Source: Oceanispirochaeta sp. (GTDB taxonomy: Bacteria; Spirochaetota; Spirochaetia; DSM-2461). Taken from it: DNA of 64,000 bases. Location of the stretch: NCBI GenBank assembly GCA_963663385.2, contig CAXXXD010000003.1, forward strand, positions 1,056,001 through 1,120,000, in the 5' to 3' direction. The position numbers were made by a program, and so were the translations under genes. The notes beneath the pieces were generated by a model. That model was not told the DNA's origin and ran no database searches. It saw only the letters and a list, made by a program, of their open reading frames with translations. Of the stretch, positions 9,745-18,480 are shown in pieces. The stretch's first letter is position 1, and every line of letters starts with the position of its first letter.

Positions 9745-10121
9745 GGGGGTGTCAAGGTTTCGACTGTTGGAGCCCGGGGTGTGGACTGCATGTGGAGCGT
9801 TACCTCCTTAAACTGTCTTTTTGATAAGTGCCAAAAAAGAAGATGAAGTTATCGTTTCTTTCGATAACTCCGCACTTGCAATCGCAGCTTAATTAATGCC
9901 GCGACGGTTACCGTACACGCTGTTCTGAGGGTACGGCTGACCGCCAGAAACCAGGACTTGCCTTTCCTTTAGTCCGAGACTGGGAGGGGACATTTTTTCG
10001 GAAGTAGGATGGTTCAGGGCTGTTTCTTTCCCTCGTCCCGTTCGAATTTTAATTAGAGACTAAACATGTAGACGTTCATGCAACGCCCATCAGGACGCGG
10101 GTTCGATTCCCGCCACCTCCA
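9745..10121 (+). ncRNA. ssrA: tmRNA; tag (A)AKKEDEVIVSFDNSALAIAA* encoded at 9830-9892; 3' CCA not encoded
   Basis: 5' GGGGGUG pairs with CACCUCC (10114-10120) with the G3:U alanyl determinant; T-arm GCGGGTTCGATTCCCGC; AUAAGU-GCC resume context; tag ends in AA; smpB nearby. Confidence 0.97.
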
Positions 10122-10122
10122 T

Positions 10123-10162
10123 AAAAGGGATCATTCCAGTTAGCTGGCATGATCCTTTTTTT
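10123..10162 (+). terminator. Intrinsic terminator after ssrA
   Basis: AAAAGGGATCAT-TCCAG-TTAG-CTGG-C-ATGATCC-T7 hairpin. Confidence 0.85.
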
Positions 10163-10165
10163 ATT

Positions 10166-10224
10166 GGGAAATCGAAGCGCAGGGGACAGCCGAGTCACAC
10201 AGCAAGACTCGACAGGATGTCGAG
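10166..10224 (+). repeat. Structured ~59-bp dispersed repeat, copy 1
   Basis: GGGAAATCGAAGCGCAGGGGACAGCCGAGTCACACAGCAAGACTCGACAGGATGTCGAG; closely related to 11977-12035. Confidence 0.9.
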
Positions 10225-10270
10225 ACATGTTTTGAAGCCGGCTTGCAACGAATCATTACGATATCGCTGA

Positions 10271-10306
10271 CTGGAAGGAATTCCCGCTACAGTCATCTCC
10301 TTCCAG
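10271..10306 (-). terminator. Inverted repeat downstream of the 7TM-DGC gene (possible terminator)
   Basis: CTGGAAGGA ... TCCTTCCAG 9-bp stem; no clear U-tract on the minus strand. Confidence 0.35.
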
Positions 10307-10332
10307 AACAAACAAAATAAACGTCTGGGTGA

Positions 10333-11877
10333 TTAAAAAAACTCAACACGATTTCTACCGGCTTTTTTGGCTTTATATAAAGCTGTATCAGCTTGATGAA
10401 TCAGAGATTCAAGGCTGGTTTCTCCTTCGCCTGTATAGTTGCTTAATCCTATACTGACACTGATCTGAATTTTCTGCCCGTTGAATTCGATATCCTCATC
10501 AATAATGGATTTTCTGAATCTCTCTGCCGTAGAATACGCATCTTCCCGGGTTGAATGGTGAAGCATAATTAGAAACTCTTCGCCGCCATACCGTCCGAGA
10601 ATATCACCCTCTCTGAGTTTTTTAAGAAAGCATCCCGCTGCACGTTTAAGGGTTTCGTCGCCACAAGGATGTCCGTATTTGTCATTTATTTTTTTGAAAA
10701 AATCGAGATCAATCATAAGAAGTGACAACGGAAAGGCATTTCTTTTACTTCTGGCTATTTCCTGAGAACAGAGATTCATCAGATTTCTTCGGTTATTAAT
10801 CCCCGTCAGTTCATCTGTTGTGGCAATTTGATTCAGTTTTGCTATCAGAAGTTGTTCAGTCGTATTATCGTTGAGTATTACTATTTTACCAAGATTTTCT
10901 TTTGAAGAACCCAGTATCGGTGCCACTCGGCTTCTGTAATATTTTGTGTTTTGACCATTGCCCTTTTTGATGTCGCAACTATTTGTTGTTTTGCCGCATA
11001 TCTGGTTTCTTAACAAACTGTATTCAGCAAAAAGGCTGTCAGAACTTTCACCTATCGGTTTGCCGCTATGAAGGCCAAAAAAAATGCTTGCAGATTTATT
11101 CAAATCAACAAGTCTGTACTCATCATCAAACACAATCACGGGATCGCTCATTATGTCAAATATCCGGCTTCTGGCAATAGGGGTAAGGTCGAACATTTGA
11201 TACCGGAATATGGCAACAGCAAAGAGAATCCCTGAAGCTGAAAGGAATAGAGGTGTTAAATCAAGCCCGTAAGGACTTTTTCCTAAAGAATATAATATAT
11301 ATCCAATCCAGGGGATCAGTGATGCGGCAAATGCCATAATGGCCTGGTTCCTGTGTTTCCCGAACGACTTGAATATGAGTCTTCCGAACAGAATATTTCC
11401 TGCAGAAAGCATCAGATTTGTAAATATCATCTGAACAAAATACCAGACACCTCTATCGAAACGGATCAGTGTATAGGGACCGACAATTTCCACTCTTGGG
11501 TTAATATAGTAAAAATCATTATATTCAGCTGTCATAACGCAAATCTGGGATATTAATGGAATAATAAAAAAAGGGAGATAGTGTCTGATTTTTGTCAAAT
11601 TGATGTATCCGCTGTATGCTGCAGCTAAAAAAAACCAGAATGCCGGAATATATGGAATTGTCAGATATTGAACCCTGAGAGCCATCATTATTCCAGAAAG
11701 AGTGGTATTGTAGAGTTCAAGTGCATATCCCAGTGAATATCCGCAAACAGATATCATCATAAGAAAGAAAAAAACGGAACCTTTTAGATTCTTCTTTCTG
11801 ATAGCGATTATGGACAGATATAATGTAATCAATCCCGAAATGATGAGCATAAGGATTATGGAATATTTAGTATTCAT
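10333..11877 (-). CDS. Membrane diguanylate cyclase (HisKA_7TM sensor-PAS-GGDEF)
   Basis: About 7 TM segments with QYLTIPYIPAFW and DLTP..ARS.IF..M.DPVIVFD; TDELTGINNRR; REGD I-site; GGEEF. Confidence 0.93.
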   Translation of the reverse strand: MNTKYSIILMLIISGLITLYLSIIAIRKKNLKGSVFFFLMMISVCGYSLGYALELYNTTLSGIMMALRVQYLTIPYIPAFWFFLAAAYSGYINLTKIRHYLPFFIIPLISQICVMTAEYNDFYYINPRVEIVGPYTLIRFDRGVWYFVQMIFTNLMLSAGNILFGRLIFKSFGKHRNQAIMAFAASLIPWIGYILYSLGKSPYGLDLTPLFLSASGILFAVAIFRYQMFDLTPIARSRIFDIMSDPVIVFDDEYRLVDLNKSASIFFGLHSGKPIGESSDSLFAEYSLLRNQICGKTTNSCDIKKGNGQNTKYYRSRVAPILGSSKENLGKIVILNDNTTEQLLIAKLNQIATTDELTGINNRRNLMNLCSQEIARSKRNAFPLSLLMIDLDFFKKINDKYGHPCGDETLKRAAGCFLKKLREGDILGRYGGEEFLIMLHHSTREDAYSTAERFRKSIIDEDIEFNGQKIQISVSIGLSNYTGEGETSLESLIHQADTALYKAKKAGRNRVEFF

Positions 11878-11976
11878 GCTTACTCAATTATCGTATTTTT
11901 AATATAAAACCTGTACTTGAGATACAGAAAATATCATGAATTGGACTTGCTCCATAACAGAATCTATCTAAAATCC

Positions 11977-12035
11977 GGGAATCGAAGCGCAGGGGACAGC
12001 CGGGTCACACAGCGCACCCGGCATGGATATCGGGT
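11977..12035 (+). repeat. Structured ~59-bp dispersed repeat, copy 2
   Basis: GGGAATCGAAGCGCAGGGGACAGCCGGGTCACACAGCGCACCCGGCATGGATATCGGGT. Confidence 0.9.
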
Positions 12036-12190
12036 TAACGTGTAATTTTTCTTGAACATATCTTCAAACAAACCGCACATTAGCTTCACAAAGTTATTAA
12101 TATTCCTGTGTTTAAATATTAAACTGAAAATTCTGTTCAGAGATTTTTCTAAAAAAATTATGGAAAAAAGTATTTTTATTAGGATTAAAT

Positions 12191-14068
12191 GTGTCTGTAA
12201 ATAGGTTGACCGACATACTTGACAGGTCTGAAATCCAGGCCCTTCAAGATAGGTTTTCGGAAATAACCGGGGTAGCTTCGGTATTAACCGATATTAACGG
12301 TGTTCCCATAACCGAGTTCTCAGGATTCTGTAAACTCTGTACGGCCATACGGGAACATCCGGACGGAAAGGCATCCTGCCGTGAGATCAATGCCCGGTAT
12401 TGTACCGTGTTTACAGAAGACCCGGAGATAAACCATTGCCCCCAACTGGGGCTTTGGGAAGCCGGTGCAAAAATCTTTCTGGGGGATAACCATATCGGTA
12501 ACTGGATTGTAGGGCAGCTGCGACCGGACGAATTTGATTTGGGAAAAATCCTCCGCTATACAGAAAGCCTCGGTCTTGACAGAGGGTGGGTGCTCGACTC
12601 TCTGGAAGAGATTACTACCATGGACCGAATTGATTTTAAGATGATTCTGGAAATTCTGGAACTCTTCACAAATCAGCTATCCAGTCTGGCTTATCGGAAA
12701 CACCTGCTTAAAAGAGAAATGTCCGAGAAAAACATCCTCAGCCGTCAGCTGAACTATCTATCCTATTACGACCCTCTGACCGGGCTGATTAACAGAGAGA
12801 TTACACTTGACCGGGTACGGCATCTGATGGCTACAGTCAAGCGCACTCCCGGCAAATCCTTCTCTCTCCTGATGATCTCTCCTAAAGATTTGACACATCA
12901 GATGGAAGTGTATGGTAACAATGGGGTTCGTCAGATTGTTAAGTATACCTCAGATATAATTAAACAATCGGTTCGAATGATGGATACGGTCGGTCAATAC
13001 TCCATGGATGAGTTTCTTATCCTTCTGGAATCTTCCGAAACGGAAGAAGGTCATCCGGAACGGATCTATGACAGAATCCGGGATGCCTTGAACACAAGGT
13101 TCCTACTGGACGGGTCTCTATTGAAAATTCAGATTCATGGCGGAATGGTCGAGTGGAACAGTGATTCCGAAGAAAATGCTGATGAATTAATCCGCAAGTG
13201 CTATACCGCTCTGCAGGAAGCCAGGAAAAAAGATACGGAAAATCTGTTTTTCTACAGCGATGATCTGTATCAGTCCGTCAAGTTTGAAAATGAGCTGGAA
13301 AAAAACTTTGAACAGGCTCTGATAAATGAAGAGATTCTTCCCTACTATCAGCCTATTATAAGGATGGAAAAAGGAGAATCCTATATTTATGGATATGAAG
13401 TCCTGGCCCGCTGGAAACACCCGGAATATGGAGTATTATCTCCGGGATTGTTTATACCCCTGGCAGAAAAACATAATATCATGGGGGACTTGAGTGAATA
13501 CCTTATTCGTCATGCATCCCGTTTTATTAAGGACATTAATATTAGTCACTCCGACAGCCCGCTTTTTATTTCTGTAAATATTACGCCTGAGGAGTTTGTT
13601 CATAAAAACTTTATTAATAAGATTTCCCGTATTTTACAGGAAGAGGAGCTTCCGGGGAGTTGGATCAAACTTGAGATTACAGAAAATTCCGTATTGAAAG
13701 GCGGAGAGGAGAGCCTGGATAAAATTAAAGCCCTCAATGCTCTTGGAATCAGTCTGTCAATGGATGATTTCGGTACCGGATATTCCAACCTGTCCCTGCT
13801 TTGCAGGCTTCCTTTGAACAATATCAAACTGGATCAGTCCCTGATATCCATGTCCGAAGAGAACGAAAATTTTATACAGGCCATCATTAGTCTGGCAAGA
13901 AGTCTGGATATGGAGATTATTGCGGAAGGAGTCGAAAAGGAGTCCCAGATTGAAATTCTGAATCGAATGGGATGTCATATCCATCAGGGATTTTACTACG
14001 GTCACCCCATGGATGGCGAAACAGTAAAATCTGTCCGTTTTGCCAACAGCCCTGTCAGTTATATTTAA
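12191..14068 (+). CDS. PocR-sensor / degenerate GGDEF / EAL c-di-GMP phosphodiesterase
   Basis: PocR-like N-terminus (IQALQDRFSEITGVASVLTD..G.PIT...FCKLC, HC..GLWE); SMDEF in place of GGDEF; EVLARW, LEITE, DDFGTGYSNL, IKLD, IIAEGVE, QGFYYGHP. Confidence 0.92.
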   Translation: MSVNRLTDILDRSEIQALQDRFSEITGVASVLTDINGVPITEFSGFCKLCTAIREHPDGKASCREINARYCTVFTEDPEINHCPQLGLWEAGAKIFLGDNHIGNWIVGQLRPDEFDLGKILRYTESLGLDRGWVLDSLEEITTMDRIDFKMILEILELFTNQLSSLAYRKHLLKREMSEKNILSRQLNYLSYYDPLTGLINREITLDRVRHLMATVKRTPGKSFSLLMISPKDLTHQMEVYGNNGVRQIVKYTSDIIKQSVRMMDTVGQYSMDEFLILLESSETEEGHPERIYDRIRDALNTRFLLDGSLLKIQIHGGMVEWNSDSEENADELIRKCYTALQEARKKDTENLFFYSDDLYQSVKFENELEKNFEQALINEEILPYYQPIIRMEKGESYIYGYEVLARWKHPEYGVLSPGLFIPLAEKHNIMGDLSEYLIRHASRFIKDINISHSDSPLFISVNITPEEFVHKNFINKISRILQEEELPGSWIKLEITENSVLKGGEESLDKIKALNALGISLSMDDFGTGYSNLSLLCRLPLNNIKLDQSLISMSEENENFIQAIISLARSLDMEIIAEGVEKESQIEILNRMGCHIHQGFYYGHPMDGETVKSVRFANSPVSYI

Positions 14069-14522
14069 AGTTCCTTTCGGCATCCCGTTTCAGATCCCGG
14101 TCTTTAATGCTATCTCTCTTATCGTACTGTTTCTTGCCTTTACAAACACCGACATCAACTTTTACGCGTCCGTTTACCAGGTAGAACTTAAGAGGAATCA
14201 GGGTAAAGCCTTTTTCCGATACTTTTCTTTCCAGTTTTTTGATTTCCTGTTTGTGAGCCAGAAGTTTTCTGACCCTGGCAGGATCATGATTGTGAATATT
14301 TCCGAAATCGTAGGGGGTGACATGAAGGTTCCGTATAAAGAGTTCATGGTCCCTTATTTCCACAAAGGAGTCGGGGAAAGAGAATTTGCCGGCTTTAAAG
14401 GACTTCACTTCAGTCCCTTTCAGGGCTATACCGCATTCCAGGTTTTCCGAGATTGTATAATTAAAACGGGCTTTCCGGTTTTCACCCAGCACGTTCGATG
14501 GTTTCTTCTTTTTCTTGGCCAT
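14055..14522 (-). CDS. smpB: SsrA-binding protein
   Basis: NRKARFNY, GIALKGTEVKS, RKLLAHKQEI, KGKKQYDKR. Confidence 0.98.
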   Translation of the reverse strand: MAKKKKKPSNVLGENRKARFNYTISENLECGIALKGTEVKSFKAGKFSFPDSFVEIRDHELFIRNLHVTPYDFGNIHNHDPARVRKLLAHKQEIKKLERKVSEKGFTLIPLKFYLVNGRVKVDVGVCKGKKQYDKRDSIKDRDLKRDAERNFKYN

Positions 14523-14530
14523 AAACAGGG

Positions 14531-14559
14531 ATTATAGTAGAAAAGGCTGATTATGCCAA
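14531..14559 (-). promoter_or_regulatory. Sigma70-type promoter of smpB
   Basis: Minus strand TTGGCA-17 nt-TATAAT, 8 nt before the ATG. Confidence 0.75.
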
Positions 14560-14652
14560 TTATCAATTCTCATTACAGGAAAAAAACAGGAAAGGGGCTT
14601 GCACAGCTTTTAAAATCCGTCCATCTTAAGAATGAGGAATAGAGTTTGAATC

Positions 14653-15366
14653 ATGTATAGTACAAAAAGAACACGTTCGTATAAGGAACGGAAAGCGATA
14701 GCCGGCAGGAGGGCCCGCCGGATTGTTCTGATTATTTTTCTTTTTATTTTCTATCAATTCTTCAGTATTTATGTATCGACACCTATGAAGGTGGAAACAC
14801 GCAGTATGGAACCGACTCTCTTCTCTTCCGACAGGATCCTGTTTTCAAAGATTTACCAGGAAATAAGAGAAGTTCAGAGGGGCGATGTTCTGGTTGTACG
14901 GCCTCCCTATTACAGGGAAAATCAGCAGCTTCTCGATATTATCAATCCATTTGTCCGTTTTTTTACTTTTCAGAAAATTCAGTTCAGCGCCTATTCCCGG
15001 CAGGAATGGGAAACACCGTATATGATAAAAAGGGTTATCGGTCTACCGGGAGATACAATCCGTATTGAGAATTTCCGGGCATATGTCATCCCTTCTGATG
15101 GTTCGGGTATGTTTCAGGAATTCGATCTGATTACTGCAGCTTACTCCCTCAATGATCCCGATCTTCCCGGTGGCTGGGTAAAAGGCATGCCTCTGGATGG
15201 CTGCCTGGATTCGTTAACCCTTGCGGAAGGAGAGTATTTTGTTCTGGGAGATTCCCGCGGTATGGGTAATGATTCCCTTATCTGGGGAGCTTTGGATGAG
15301 GATCAGATAGTGGGAACGGTTCTTTTCAGGTATTTTCCTTTTTCCAGAATGGCTCCCTTTATCTGA
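14653..15366 (+). CDS. lepB: Signal peptidase I
   Basis: SMEPTL (catalytic Ser), IKRVIGLPGD (Lys), YFVLGDSR..NDS..WG. Confidence 0.95.
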   Translation: MYSTKRTRSYKERKAIAGRRARRIVLIIFLFIFYQFFSIYVSTPMKVETRSMEPTLFSSDRILFSKIYQEIREVQRGDVLVVRPPYYRENQQLLDIINPFVRFFTFQKIQFSAYSRQEWETPYMIKRVIGLPGDTIRIENFRAYVIPSDGSGMFQEFDLITAAYSLNDPDLPGGWVKGMPLDGCLDSLTLAEGEYFVLGDSRGMGNDSLIWGALDEDQIVGTVLFRYFPFSRMAPFI

Positions 15367-15383
15367 TAGGGTATCTCAGTTTC

Positions 15384-16589
15384 ATGAATCCCTACAGGGC
15401 TGCCTTGTACATCCATATCCCTTTCTGCACCAGAAAGTGTGATTACTGTGATTTCTTTTCCATCTGCGATTACAGCTATTGCCAATCTGTGGTTCAGACC
15501 ATTCTCAACCAGATCGTGAGGGACATGTCTAACTACTGTATCGGCGGGTTCACCTCTGTTTACATAGGCGGCGGTACTCCCGGATCCATCAATCCGGAGC
15601 TGATCGTTTCAATTCTTGAAAAGGTAAAAATCGTGAATCACGGGTGCCTTCCTGAAGAGGTGACCCTCGAATGCAATCCAGAAAACATACAATTATCTTC
15701 ACTGGATATCTGGCGATCGGGTGGTATTAATCGAATCAGTATGGGGATCCAGTCCTTTCAGGATGAGTTTTTAGAGCGTGCCGGGCGAAACAGCAGTCGC
15801 CAAACCATTGAACAGGCTCTCGGATATCTGAAAGAGTGCTCGGATTTCACTGTCAGCCTGGATCTGATTCAGGGGTTGCCCGGTATGAACCGGAAAGCCC
15901 AGTTGAAGGATCTGCAGGAAGCCATCAGCTATCAGCCTGATCATATATCCTGGTACAGTCTCTCTCTGGAAGAAGGAACTGTGTTGTCCGATCAATGGGG
16001 AAAAAGGCAGAATCTTACTTTGGATGAGCAGGAAGCGGACCGTATCTGGAAGGAAGGATGTTCACTGCTGGATCGGGCGGGGTATAAACGCTATGAGGTA
16101 TCAAACTTTGCCTTTGAGGGTTTTGAGAGCAGACACAACAGGGCTTACTGGAAGATGTATCCCTACCTTGGCTGTGGCCCCGGAGCTGTCTCCATGATTC
16201 TGAATAGGGACGGACAGATAGAGAGGCATCGAGTTGTCACGGATGTCCCTTCCTATGCAATGGGCCAGGTGAAACTGGATAGCAGGGAAATCATTGGAGG
16301 GACGGATTTTATCAAGGACTTCCTGCTGATGGGCCTTCGAATGACTGAAGGAATTGAACTCGGCTCTTTTTTCCGTATTTTTGGAAGATCAATTGAGGAC
16401 TGTATCCCGGAAAGTTTGAATAAATTCCTGAATAATGGCTTTCTGTTCCATGCGGGGAATTCCCTCCAGGCAACTTCTGCCGGTCTGGATATGCTTAACA
16501 CAATACTGATTACCTTTTTTGAAGAACTTGACGGAACCTTTCCTGCGGGAGGAGTCAATTGGCCCTTACAGAACCCCGGGGATTCTTGA
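15384..16589 (+). CDS. hemW: Radical-SAM heme chaperone HemW (HemN-like)
   Basis: LYIHIPFCTRKCDYCDF, YIGGGTP, YEVSNFA, HNRAYW. Confidence 0.92.
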   Translation: MNPYRAALYIHIPFCTRKCDYCDFFSICDYSYCQSVVQTILNQIVRDMSNYCIGGFTSVYIGGGTPGSINPELIVSILEKVKIVNHGCLPEEVTLECNPENIQLSSLDIWRSGGINRISMGIQSFQDEFLERAGRNSSRQTIEQALGYLKECSDFTVSLDLIQGLPGMNRKAQLKDLQEAISYQPDHISWYSLSLEEGTVLSDQWGKRQNLTLDEQEADRIWKEGCSLLDRAGYKRYEVSNFAFEGFESRHNRAYWKMYPYLGCGPGAVSMILNRDGQIERHRVVTDVPSYAMGQVKLDSREIIGGTDFIKDFLLMGLRMTEGIELGSFFRIFGRSIEDCIPESLNKFLNNGFLFHAGNSLQATSAGLDMLNTILITFFEELDGTFPAGGVNWPLQNPGDS

Positions 16590-16615
16590 CAGCTTGATTT
16601 TCGTTGTGTTATTTT
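16586..16615 (+). promoter_or_regulatory. Putative sigma70 promoter of yebC-ruvCAB-queA
   Basis: TTGACA followed by extended -10 TGtTATTTT. Confidence 0.55.
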
Positions 16616-16649
16616 TTACGGGATTTACTTTTATACATGAGGAGAATAT

Positions 16650-17390
16650 ATGTCAGGTCATAGTAAATGGCATACTATAAAGCATAAGAAAGGCGCACTC
16701 GATGCCAAACGAGGAAAACTTTTTACAAAGATTATAAAGGAAATTACCGTAGCGGCGAAAATGGGCGGTGCTGATCTGGAGGCCAATGCGGCTCTCAGAA
16801 CAGTTGTATTGAAAGCAAAAGCGGCTAACATGCCAAAAGATAATATCGAAAAAGCCATCAAGAAGGGATCGGGAGATATGGATGGAGTGGATTACGTCGA
16901 ACTCCAGTATGAAGCCTATGCACCCGGAGGAGTCGGCCTGCTGATCGATACCCTGACAGACAATAAGAACCGGACTGCTGCGGATGTCAGAAGCATCCTG
17001 AACAAGGGGGGAGGTTCTCTGGCTGCTACCGGTGCGGTGTCCTACCAGTTTAAAAGAAAAGGGATTATCTCCTACAGTGGAGAGAGTGTGGATTTCGAGA
17101 CTCTTTTCGAAGCAGCCCTTGAAGCCGGTGCGGAAGACGTTACCGACGATGACGGTGCTATTGAAGTTGTAACTGAACCCGGAGATTTCGAAACAGTACT
17201 TACAGCTCTGCAGGAAGCGGGATTTGAACAGCTGGGCGCGGAAGTTTCAATGGTTCCCGATAATACGGTTACCCTGGATGACGAGCATACCGCCAAGGTT
17301 CTGAGACTGATTGACCGTCTGGAAGACAACGACGATGTTCAGTCTGTTGCCAGCAACCTGGATGTTCCTGCCGATTTCGAAATGGAATAA
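16650..17390 (+). CDS. yebC: YebC/PmpR family protein
   Basis: MSGHSKWHTIKHKK, NMPKDNIE.AIKKG, TDNKNRT, LEDNDDVQ.V. Confidence 0.97.
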   Translation: MSGHSKWHTIKHKKGALDAKRGKLFTKIIKEITVAAKMGGADLEANAALRTVVLKAKAANMPKDNIEKAIKKGSGDMDGVDYVELQYEAYAPGGVGLLIDTLTDNKNRTAADVRSILNKGGGSLAATGAVSYQFKRKGIISYSGESVDFETLFEAALEAGAEDVTDDDGAIEVVTEPGDFETVLTALQEAGFEQLGAEVSMVPDNTVTLDDEHTAKVLRLIDRLEDNDDVQSVASNLDVPADFEME

Positions 17391-17869
17391 TGCCCCTTAT
17401 TATGGGAATAGATCCCGGCCTGGCACACGCCGGTTGGGGGATGGTAAGCCACGATGGACTGCGGGGGCGGTATGTGGCTCATGGTGTTATCAACACGAAA
17501 AATAATCAGCCCCCGTCTCTGAGACTGCAGAGCCTCTTTAGGGGGCTCTGTTCTGTTATAGAGGAGTATAAGCCGGAAGCAGCCGGAATCGAGACCCTGT
17601 ATTTTGCCAGAAATGTCAAATCGGCCCTTCCCGTAGCAGAAGCCCGGGGGGTGCTGCTGCTGGCTCTGGCAGAATCGGGTGTTCCGGCTTATGAGTATAC
17701 CCCGCTTCAGATCAAACAGGCGGTTGTAGGAAACGGCCGGGCTGATAAGAACCAGGTCCAGATGATGGTAGCTCTTCTGCTTAAGCTGACGGAAGCGCCG
17801 AAACCTGATCATGCGGCGGATGCTCTTGCTGCTGCTATCTGCCATGCCCATACGGGAGGACGATTGTGA
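17390..17869 (+). CDS. ruvC: Holliday junction resolvase
   Basis: IMGIDPG, EYTPLQIKQAVVGNGRADK.QV, DHAADALAAAICH. Confidence 0.97.
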   Translation: MPLIMGIDPGLAHAGWGMVSHDGLRGRYVAHGVINTKNNQPPSLRLQSLFRGLCSVIEEYKPEAAGIETLYFARNVKSALPVAEARGVLLLALAESGVPAYEYTPLQIKQAVVGNGRADKNQVQMMVALLLKLTEAPKPDHAADALAAAICHAHTGGRL

Positions 17870-18468
17870 TTAATAGCCTGCGCGGCACCATTACCGAAAA
17901 AAACGTTAATTCGGTTTGTCTGGAGATTCAGGGCGTCGAATGGCAGCTTGAAACATCTGCTATGACCGTCGGCTCTACTCCTTCTGTCGGATCGGAAGGG
18001 AAGCTTTTCACCTGGCTCTACCATAAGGAAGATATGATGGCTCTTTATGGTTTCTCCACGAAAAATGAGCGTTACCTCTTTCTTGATCTGATTTCGGTAA
18101 GCGGTGTAGGTCCTAAGGGCGCTTTAAAAATTCTTTCTGCAGCCAGGGCTGATCAGATTGTTCAGTACCTTGAGGATGAAAACCTGGACGGCCTTTCCTC
18201 GCTTCCCGGGCTTGGCAAGAAAACCGCTCAAAAAATCCTGCTTCAGCTGAAGGGAAAACTGACCTGGGACGACGGTACCGGCAGCAGCGTTGGTACTGGC
18301 GGCCCGGGAGTGGAGTGGATTGAATCACTTGTGGCCATGGGTTTTGAAAAACGTCATGTAGAGAGGGTTGTTAAAAATCTGATGAAGGATGAAGGTATTC
18401 AAAACTTTTCGGAAGAGAAAAAAGAGCAGGAAATCCTCAGACGCGCTATTATTGAGTTGAGTACCTAG
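17866..18468 (+). CDS. ruvA: Holliday junction branch migration protein RuvA
   Basis: LYGF, LISVSGVGPK.AL.IL, PGLGKKTAQKILLQLK. Confidence 0.97.
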   Translation: MINSLRGTITEKNVNSVCLEIQGVEWQLETSAMTVGSTPSVGSEGKLFTWLYHKEDMMALYGFSTKNERYLFLDLISVSGVGPKGALKILSAARADQIVQYLEDENLDGLSSLPGLGKKTAQKILLQLKGKLTWDDGTGSSVGTGGPGVEWIESLVAMGFEKRHVERVVKNLMKDEGIQNFSEEKKEQEILRRAIIELST

Positions 18469-18480
18469 GAGGCCGCAGGA

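Noticed and set aside
11878..12190. c-di-GMP riboswitch between the DGC and PDE genes (also checked 1870-2170)
   Set aside because: No GEMM-I or class II consensus recognisable by eye; an Infernal scan would be decisive
10121..14055. Integrative element or prophage at ssrA
   Set aside because: No integrase, transposase or phage gene, and no intact att duplication; only the short repeats and a decayed 3'-end match
14040..14537. 165-aa ORF antisense to smpB
   Set aside because: Fully overlaps the unambiguous smpB; typical shadow frame
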